Source: Planctomycetota bacterium (GTDB taxonomy: Bacteria > Planctomycetota > B15-G4 > SIAN01). Taken from it: DNA of 64,000 nt. The DNA lies in contig JANNXA010000022.1 in assembly GCA_031409275.1 (NCBI GenBank), positions 224,001 through 288,000 of the forward strand, read 5' to 3'. Position numbers and translations under genes: made by a program. A model generated the notes under the pieces. It did no database searches and was not told where the DNA came from. It saw nothing but the letters and a program-made list of their open reading frames with translations. Shown here one piece after another: positions 57,847-64,000 of this stretch (position 1 is the stretch's first letter; the number at the start of each line of letters is the position of its first letter).

Positions 57847-58659
57847 ATGCAGCGAACGGCGCGGATCCTGGCAACGATCTCGATCGGCTGGGGTGCAACC
57901 TTCGTGGGCGCTCAGTCGGCGGACCTACCGCCGCCCGAGAAGCCACTGCCAATGGCAGGCGAGCTGTTTCGAGTCGAAGGGCGAACGGCGTTCATCATCC
58001 CGCCCGGCAAGAGGATCCCCGACGTCGCGACGCCGTGGGTCTGGTACGCCCCGACGCTTCCCGACCTCCCCGCCGGCGAAGAGCTCTGGATGTTCGAGCG
58101 CTTCACCAAGGCGGGCATTGCGGTCGCCGGCATCGATGTGGGCGAGTCGTACGGCAGCCCCGATGGGCGCGCGCTCTACTCGGCCTTCCATCGCGAGCTG
58201 ACCGAGAAGCGCGGCTTTGCGCTGAAGCCGGTGATGTTGGGGCGCAGTCGCGGTGGGCTCATGGCGCTTGGATGGGCCGTCGAGAACGCCGGCAGCGTCG
58301 GCGGCTTCGCGGGGGTCTACCCGGTCTGCAACATCAGCAGCTACCCCGGCGTGGCCGAGGCGAGTGCGGCGTTTCGACTGAAGCCGGAGGAGTTGACGGC
58401 GCAGCTTTCGGACCACAACCCGATCGACCGTCTCGCCGCCTTGGCGAAGGCGAAGGTGCCCCTCTTCGCGATCCACGGCGATTGCGACCGCGTGGTCCCG
58501 CTCGAAGCCAACTCCGGTGAGTTGCGCAAGCGCTACGAGGCCCTTGGCGGCGCAATGCAGCTGCTCATCCCCGAGGGGCAGGGCCACAACATGTGGACCG
58601 GATTCTTTCAGTGCCAGGAGTTGGTCGACTTCGTCGTCGCCAACGCGAAATCCAAATGA
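57847..58659 (+). CDS. Secreted alpha/beta hydrolase (S9-like)
   Basis: GRSRGG nucleophile elbow, HGDCDRVVP, GQGH. Confidence 0.85.
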   Translation: MQRTARILATISIGWGATFVGAQSADLPPPEKPLPMAGELFRVEGRTAFIIPPGKRIPDVATPWVWYAPTLPDLPAGEELWMFERFTKAGIAVAGIDVGESYGSPDGRALYSAFHRELTEKRGFALKPVMLGRSRGGLMALGWAVENAGSVGGFAGVYPVCNISSYPGVAEASAAFRLKPEELTAQLSDHNPIDRLAALAKAKVPLFAIHGDCDRVVPLEANSGELRKRYEALGGAMQLLIPEGQGHNMWTGFFQCQELVDFVVANAKSK

Positions 58660-59186
58660 ACGCGCTGCCGCGACGCATCGATCTGCTCCTCGTGCTGACG
58701 TGCGCAGGGTGCCGTACGCCCGACGTCGCGAGGAACGACTCGCCGGTCGAATCGCCGGTCGAATCGCCCGTCGAATCGCCGGTCGAAGGCGCGAGCGGGC
58801 TCGCGGGCTCTCCGCTCGACGCGCTCGTGGCGGCGGGATACCAGGTCGCAGCGAGTCCGACCGGCGCGTTCACCGCCGCATGGCGTCCGGTGGCGGACAG
58901 CGTGCCGGTGAACGAGCTCTTCCAGATCGAAGTGCTCCTCTATCGCGGACGCGCGGAAGGTCGAGCGAGCGATCCGCCGCTCGCTGGCGCGATGCTCCAG
59001 GCGAGCGCCTGGATGCCCGAACACATGCATGGCATGAACCGTCGGCCGCAAACGGTCGAGACGGCGCCAGGCCACTATCTCGTGAGCGGAATGATGCTCC
59101 ACATGGAGGGCTCCTGGCAGCTCTTCCTCGACGTGATGGCGAGCGGCGTGTCGGAACGGGTCGAGTTCGCGATCATGTTGAGATGA
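58656..59186 (+). CDS. YtkA/FixH-like lipoprotein with Met/His metal-binding motif
   Basis: Lipobox CAGC; WMPEHMHGM and HMEGSW motifs; ATGA overlaps on both sides. Confidence 0.78.
   Translation: MNALPRRIDLLLVLTCAGCRTPDVARNDSPVESPVESPVESPVEGASGLAGSPLDALVAAGYQVAASPTGAFTAAWRPVADSVPVNELFQIEVLLYRGRAEGRASDPPLAGAMLQASAWMPEHMHGMNRRPQTVETAPGHYLVSGMMLHMEGSWQLFLDVMASGVSERVEFAIMLR
58740..58787 (+). repeat. 4 x 12-bp tandem repeat encoding (SPVE)4
   Basis: tcgccggtcgaa x2, tcgcccgtcgaa, tcgccggtcgaa. Confidence 0.9.
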
Positions 59187-60520
59187 GGCGCGCCTCCTGC
59201 TTCGCGCTGGCGATGGTCGCGGCGGCCGGCGGTTGCGAGAGCTCGCAAGCGCCGCCGCCGGTTGCGCCCAACGCGCCCGACGCGCCCAAGGTCGGCGCTG
59301 CCGCGCCTCTCTCGATCGAGGGGTTCACGCCCGAGGAGCTGCGCGCCGTCCTGAAGCTCTCGCCGCTGCCCGATCCGCCGCCCGACCCGACCAACGAGTT
59401 CGCCGACGATCCGCGTGCGGCGCGCCTCGGGCAGTACCTCTTCTTCGACCAGCGCTTCTCCGCCTCCGGCGACGTGGCGTGCTCGACCTGCCATCAGCCG
59501 GAACTCGCGTTCGCCGATGGCAAACCCTTCGGCGAGGCCCGAGGCAAGAGCGGAACGCCGCTCGAGCGCCACACGCTGTCGCTCTACAACGTCGCCTACC
59601 AACGTTGGTGGTTCTGGGACGGGCGCGCCGACACGCTCTGGAGCCAGGCGCTGCGACCGCTCGAGGATCCGCGCGAGCACGCGACGTCCCGCCTCGCGAT
59701 CGCGCACGCGCTCGACGACGATCGCCGCCTGAAGGGCGCCTATGAGACGATCTTCGGCCCGCTGCCGGAGCTTGGCGCCGAGTCGCGCTTTCCTCGCAGC
59801 GGACGGCCCGGCGACCCGGAATGGGCTGCGATGGCGCCCGCCGATCAGCTGGCCATCGACCGGGTCTTCGTGAACTTCGGCAAGGCGCTCGCTGCCTACG
59901 AACGACGACTGCTCTCGCGCTCGGCGCCATTCGACGACTTCATCGCCGGCGTGCGCTCAGGAAACCTCGATCAGCAACGCACGCTGAGCCCGCTGGCGCG
60001 CGAGGGGCTGCGCCTCTTCGTGGGCGAGGCGCGCTGCGTGCTATGCCACAGCGGCCCGACCTTCTCCGATCGCGAGTTCCACGACAACCGAGTCCCGACG
60101 CGCAGCGGCGAGCCGCGCCGCGACGCCGGTCGCCACGGCGGAGTCCCGATCGTGTTGGCCGATCCGTTCAATGGAATCGGAGGCTTCTCCGATGCGCCGG
60201 AGGGAGCGTCACAAGACAAGTTGCGCTACCTGCTGCGCACCGGCGACGGCTGGAGCGAGTTCAAGACGCCGACGTTGCGCAATGTCGCGCAGAGTCCGCC
60301 GTACATGCACCAGGGCCAGTTCGCGACTCTGGACGATGTCCTGGAGTACTACAACACGCTCGAGCAGGCGGTGCCGTCGCACTCGCCCGAACGAACGCTG
60401 TCGCCGATCCGCCTCTCGGCGGAAGCGCTGTCCGCGCTGCGCGAGTTCCTGCTGTCGCTGACCGACGTGCGGCTCGACGCCGCGTTGTTGAGGCAGCCGG
60501 AGACGCCGGACCTCCCCTGA
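59183..60520 (+). CDS. Di-heme cytochrome c peroxidase superfamily lipoprotein (bCcP/MauG/MbnH-like)
   Basis: LGQYLFFDQRFS, CSTCH, FWDGRA, CVLCH, FKTPTLRNV, PYMHQG. Confidence 0.92.
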   Translation: MRRASCFALAMVAAAGGCESSQAPPPVAPNAPDAPKVGAAAPLSIEGFTPEELRAVLKLSPLPDPPPDPTNEFADDPRAARLGQYLFFDQRFSASGDVACSTCHQPELAFADGKPFGEARGKSGTPLERHTLSLYNVAYQRWWFWDGRADTLWSQALRPLEDPREHATSRLAIAHALDDDRRLKGAYETIFGPLPELGAESRFPRSGRPGDPEWAAMAPADQLAIDRVFVNFGKALAAYERRLLSRSAPFDDFIAGVRSGNLDQQRTLSPLAREGLRLFVGEARCVLCHSGPTFSDREFHDNRVPTRSGEPRRDAGRHGGVPIVLADPFNGIGGFSDAPEGASQDKLRYLLRTGDGWSEFKTPTLRNVAQSPPYMHQGQFATLDDVLEYYNTLEQAVPSHSPERTLSPIRLSAEALSALREFLLSLTDVRLDAALLRQPETPDLP

Positions 60521-60551
60521 ACGAACCGCTCGCGGAGGTCCTTGGCGCCGT

Positions 60552-62840
60552 TCAGTGGCAGATGACGAAGGCGAGGCCTGCCGATGCGCAGAGCTTCTTC
60601 GGGCCTGCCGGGTCGGCCATCCACAGCTGCACATCGACCTCGATCCCGAGCAGCGACGGGTCGTCGTCGATCTCGGCGTCGACCGCGATCGTGCCAGCGC
60701 CGGCGACGCCGACCGGCCCGCTCGCCGTGACGTAGACGGTGAAGGCGGGTGGAGCGAGGTCGACCAGCATGACGATCCCCTTGACCGGGATCGAGGCGCG
60801 GGCGAACCCGACGAGCAGCACGCCAGGCGCGCCACCGAGCAGGTCCGAGCCGTTCAGTTCGAACGATGGATTGCCGAGTTTCGGATCGCCCACCGTGGCG
60901 AGCTGCGGCACGAATCCGCCGCTGCCCGCGACGCCACTTCCGTAGATCTCGACCGGGCGGCAGGTCGAAACCGTGTAGAGCTCGACGTCGTCGACGTTCC
61001 AGCCGCCGTGCGTCACGCTCGCGTCGCTCTGGAGCCGGAATCGGACGTGCGTCGTGGCCACGCCATCGGCCGCGGCCGACACGTCGAGATCGACGGTGGC
61101 CCACTCGGCATCCAGCGTGTCGAGCGTTCCGCCGTTCGTGGCGTTGCGCCAGACCTCGACGCCATTCACTTCGACGCTCGCGACGTCGTGCGCCGAGTCG
61201 GCGACGCGCAGCCAGCGCTGGAAGCGCAGGCGCGTTCCGTGGACGTCGCTCAAGTCGATCGTCGGAGACTCGAGCCAGTTGTCGCTGCTGTCGGAGTAGA
61301 GGCCGTCGCCGAAAATGCCGAGGTCGTTGCCGAAACAGGAGTTGCCGGAGGTCGTGCGGTAGGGATCGAGGAGCTTGCGGGCTGGAACGCCGCGCTCCCA
61401 GTCGTCGCTGCCCGAGTTGCTGCCATGGGTGAACCCGCCATCGGTGGCGCCGTCGAAGTGCTCGGCATAGAGGAGCGTCCGCTCGCCGACGCTGAAGACG
61501 AAGCGCCCATCAGGATTGGCCGGCCCGACGCTCGTGCCGAGCGAGTCGCTCGCCCGAATCTGGTACTCGAGGGTCGTTCCGTGGAGCTGTCCCGGGATCG
61601 CCGCCGACCACTCGTCGGGGTTGCCGGTCGGCGCCATGGCGAGGGAGACGACGTTCGTGCCGCCGTCGAGCGAGTAGTCGACCGTCGCGCTCGTCACGCC
61701 GCCGCCCGCCGAGGAGGGGGTGATGCGAGCGGTCACGACGTAGGGGCCCGACTCGTCGAGCGTGTCGGGCAAGGTCGCATGGTCGACTCGCGTCGCACGG
61801 CTCAAGACCCAGAGCCCGTCCTCGATGTTGCTGATGTAGATCGTTCCGGAGGGCTGTTGGTAGACCCCCCACGCGCCGTTGTAGTTGCCGGAGCCGCCCG
61901 CCCACGTGTCGTAGCTGCCGAGCCGGATCGGATGGTCGGGGTCGCTCACATCGAGCGCGACGTAGCCCTCGGCATAGGCCGAGAGCTGCGCGATGCCATC
62001 CGCGATGAAGACGTTGTGCAGGATCCCTGCGGGATTCTCGACGAACGTGCTGCGCAGCGTGATGTTCGACGGATCGGTCACGTCGTAGAGCGCGAGCTTC
62101 GCGCCGCGAATTTCGTCGGTCACGCCGACGATCGCGTCGGCTTCGTCGACCGTGCTGCTGTGGGTGAAGCTGGCGGGAGTCGTGATCGCGTCGAGCGTCG
62201 TCAGCGTGGGCAGCGCGCTCACGTCGACCAATCGGAAGGTCCCGGCGTAGATCTCCGAGAAGTGGGCGAGTCCGTTCTGCGCCGTGGCCTCGTGGACGTA
62301 CTGGTTCCCGTAGCTCGCGAGCAGGACGGGCGCGGTGGGATTGGCGAGGTCGAGGATCAGCAGGCCGACATCGCTGCCGCAGACGTAGAGGTGGCCGCGG
62401 CTCTGGTCGACGAAGATGCTGTGCGCCGTGTTGAATCCGAGATAGCTCGACACGACGTGGATGTTGGAGAGATCGGAGACGTCGATGATCTGGAGTCCAC
62501 CGCCCGCCGACTGATCGGTCACGACGTAGACATAGTCCTGCCAGACGGACATGTCGCTCCAGAGCGAGCCGCTGTGGGTGATGTACGCGAGCTCGACCGG
62601 GTTGGTCGGATCGGTGGTCTCGATGAACGACGTTCCATTCCAGGTGCCGAGCAGCGCCACTTCACGGCCGTCCGCCGCTCGGTAGCCGAGGACGTCGTTG
62701 TAGTCGAAGCCGCTGCTGCCGCCGCCGTCGTAGGAGTTGACGCGCGAGAGGAGATGGACGCGATCGCCTTGCGCCGATGCGCTGCCCGCCGCGACGAACA
62801 GCAGGGTGGACGAGGCGAGCCACGTGGAAGCGAAGCGCAT
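60552..62840 (-). CDS. Choice-of-anchor B / LVIVD-repeat secreted protein with accessory C-terminal domains
   Basis: Signal peptide; YNDVLGY..DGREVAL, WSDM, AHSIF, YVHE, THS, LHN, YNGAWGVY motifs. Confidence 0.85.
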   Translation of the reverse strand: MRFASTWLASSTLLFVAAGSASAQGDRVHLLSRVNSYDGGGSSGFDYNDVLGYRAADGREVALLGTWNGTSFIETTDPTNPVELAYITHSGSLWSDMSVWQDYVYVVTDQSAGGGLQIIDVSDLSNIHVVSSYLGFNTAHSIFVDQSRGHLYVCGSDVGLLILDLANPTAPVLLASYGNQYVHEATAQNGLAHFSEIYAGTFRLVDVSALPTLTTLDAITTPASFTHSSTVDEADAIVGVTDEIRGAKLALYDVTDPSNITLRSTFVENPAGILHNVFIADGIAQLSAYAEGYVALDVSDPDHPIRLGSYDTWAGGSGNYNGAWGVYQQPSGTIYISNIEDGLWVLSRATRVDHATLPDTLDESGPYVVTARITPSSAGGGVTSATVDYSLDGGTNVVSLAMAPTGNPDEWSAAIPGQLHGTTLEYQIRASDSLGTSVGPANPDGRFVFSVGERTLLYAEHFDGATDGGFTHGSNSGSDDWERGVPARKLLDPYRTTSGNSCFGNDLGIFGDGLYSDSSDNWLESPTIDLSDVHGTRLRFQRWLRVADSAHDVASVEVNGVEVWRNATNGGTLDTLDAEWATVDLDVSAAADGVATTHVRFRLQSDASVTHGGWNVDDVELYTVSTCRPVEIYGSGVAGSGGFVPQLATVGDPKLGNPSFELNGSDLLGGAPGVLLVGFARASIPVKGIVMLVDLAPPAFTVYVTASGPVGVAGAGTIAVDAEIDDDPSLLGIEVDVQLWMADPAGPKKLCASAGLAFVICH

Positions 62841-62965
62841 GGGATCACTCCGGCACAGGAAAGCGGCCGCGAACCCTTCTACCCCGCCGCGAGGAGGTCC
62901 GACAGACGCCAGTCGCCGGCGCATGGTCGCGACCGCCTCGCCACCCGTTTCGCGAATCGAGCGGG

Positions 62966-63132
62966 CTAGTGTCCTGGAACAGAAGTTCGCGAACACGGAC
63001 CGAGGCGATGTTTGGGTCAGGCGAGGAGTGCCGACGAAGCAACCTCCCTGGCAGTTGGTGAGGAGGCGAGAAGAAGCATGGCGCGAAGAGCGTCCGGTTT
63101 CGTGGAAGCGAACTTCTGTTCCAGGACACTAG
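62966..63132. mobile_element. 167-bp non-autonomous IS630-like element (MITE) with 25-bp perfect inverted ends
   Basis: ctagtgtcctggaacagaagttcgc (62966-62990) is the exact reverse complement of gcgaacttctgttccaggacactag (63108-63132); CTAG at both ends; no transposase inside. Confidence 0.78.
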
Positions 63133-64000
63133 GGCTCGGGCGGCGACTTGTTGGCGGCGACGGAGCGAAGGGCCGCGGCGAGAGCCTTCGCGTCGATCTT
63201 GTCCTGAAGGACCGCTTTCACCTTCCCGGCAGCGTCATAGACGACCACGGCAGGTGTCAACTTGAGTCCCGCTTTCGCGAACGCTTCCGGGTCGAGATCG
63301 CGGTCCGCCTTCGCGGCGGCGAGCTGCTGGCCGTAGTGCTGCACGCGGCGCGCGCGCAGCGTGTCATTCTGGAACGCCTTGGCCATCTCGTTCGAGAGGT
63401 CGGCGGTCGTGGAGTACCACCAGACGAACGAACCCGACCTGCTCGCAGGGTCGGCGGCGGCGGCCATCGCCGCCTGCGGCGACGCACGCCACTCGAAGGC
63501 GGCGCAGACGCCCGGCACGTAGCGTCCCTCCTGCACCAGCAGCCACCACGACAGGTAAGGGACGAGCTGGTCGGGCCATGCGTGGCCGAGCCCTGGCTGG
63601 ATCCGGCACTCGACCGTGCGCACCTTCTCCTCCAGCACGGTCACCGTCTTCTCGGCCGCGTCCCGATTGGAGTCCTCGCTCCCGGCGAGCGCGAGCACCC
63701 CCATCTCTTTGCGCGCGTGCTTGGGAACTTTGCCACCGTTGCAGCCGGTGGCAACCCAGCAGGCGCTCTGGAATCGCAACGCCTCGTCGAACGCGACGGG
63801 CGCAAGGTTCCAGCCGCCGTTCGAGAAGCCGATCGCGTGCAGGCGCCGCTCGCCGACGTGCAGCCGCTTCTTCAGGTCAGCGGTGACACGGCGCACCACG
63901 TCGAGGTCGGGCGGACTCCAGCCCAGACCGGTCGACTTCGGGGCGACCACGACGAAGTCCTCCTTGCAAAGGTGCAGGAGCGCACGCGCCATGCCTTCCG
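63129..64000 (-). CDS. Alpha/beta hydrolase fused to a thioredoxin-like domain (5'-truncated by window edge)
   Basis: GFSNGG, GSED, GLGH triad-like motifs; C-terminal TPAVVVYD..GKV pattern without CxxC; frame stays open to the window end. Confidence 0.7.
   Translation of the reverse strand, partial: EGMARALLHLCKEDFVVVAPKSTGLGWSPPDLDVVRRVTADLKKRLHVGERRLHAIGFSNGGWNLAPVAFDEALRFQSACWVATGCNGGKVPKHARKEMGVLALAGSEDSNRDAAEKTVTVLEEKVRTVECRIQPGLGHAWPDQLVPYLSWWLLVQEGRYVPGVCAAFEWRASPQAAMAAAADPASRSGSFVWWYSTTADLSNEMAKAFQNDTLRARRVQHYGQQLAAAKADRDLDPEAFAKAGLKLTPAVVVYDAAGKVKAVLQDKIDAKALAAALRSVAANKSPPEP

Noticed and set aside
58740..58787. Tandem repeat as a possible CRISPR array
   Set aside because: 12-bp units with no spacers, in frame inside a CDS; no cas genes in the window
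60555..62969. 804-aa plus-strand ORF
   Set aside because: Shadow of the choice-of-anchor-B gene
62737..63132. 131-aa plus-strand ORF as a transposase
   Set aside because: No DDE or HTH motifs; only its last residues resemble an IS630 terminus because they read through the inverted repeat

Overview
Very GC-rich, gene-dense bacterial DNA, most likely Planctomycetota (DUF1501 + DUF1549/DUF1553 pair, DUF1080 fusion, many secreted proteins); taxonomy is inferred from gene content only. About 44 CDSs were called by motif recognition: the 3' end of topA followed by an ABC-2 transporter and an EEP hydrolase, an M14 carboxypeptidase, deaD, a DUF1080/propeller protein paired with a pentaheme cytochrome c, a DTW protein, two paralogous SBBP beta-propeller lipoproteins, a minor-pilin (PilV/PilW/PilX-like) cluster, a PepX/CocE peptidase, an RND efflux pair, a PagL-like outer-membrane protein, VTC + CotH, an M1-M28-PDZ double peptidase, a rhomboid, a YtkA-like + di-heme peroxidase pair and a choice-of-anchor-B protein. 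No rRNA, tRNA or CRISPR array was seen. Main observations: (1) a shared ~100-130 aa C-terminal domain on unrelated secreted proteins, placed where T9SS cargo carry their CTD, which is a candidate sorting/secretion tag; (2) a 167-bp IS630-like MITE with perfect 25-bp inverted ends at 62966-63132; (3) a gene broken by a frameshift in a G6 tract near 9480. Start codons were chosen by eye and family names come from recognised motifs, not database searches.
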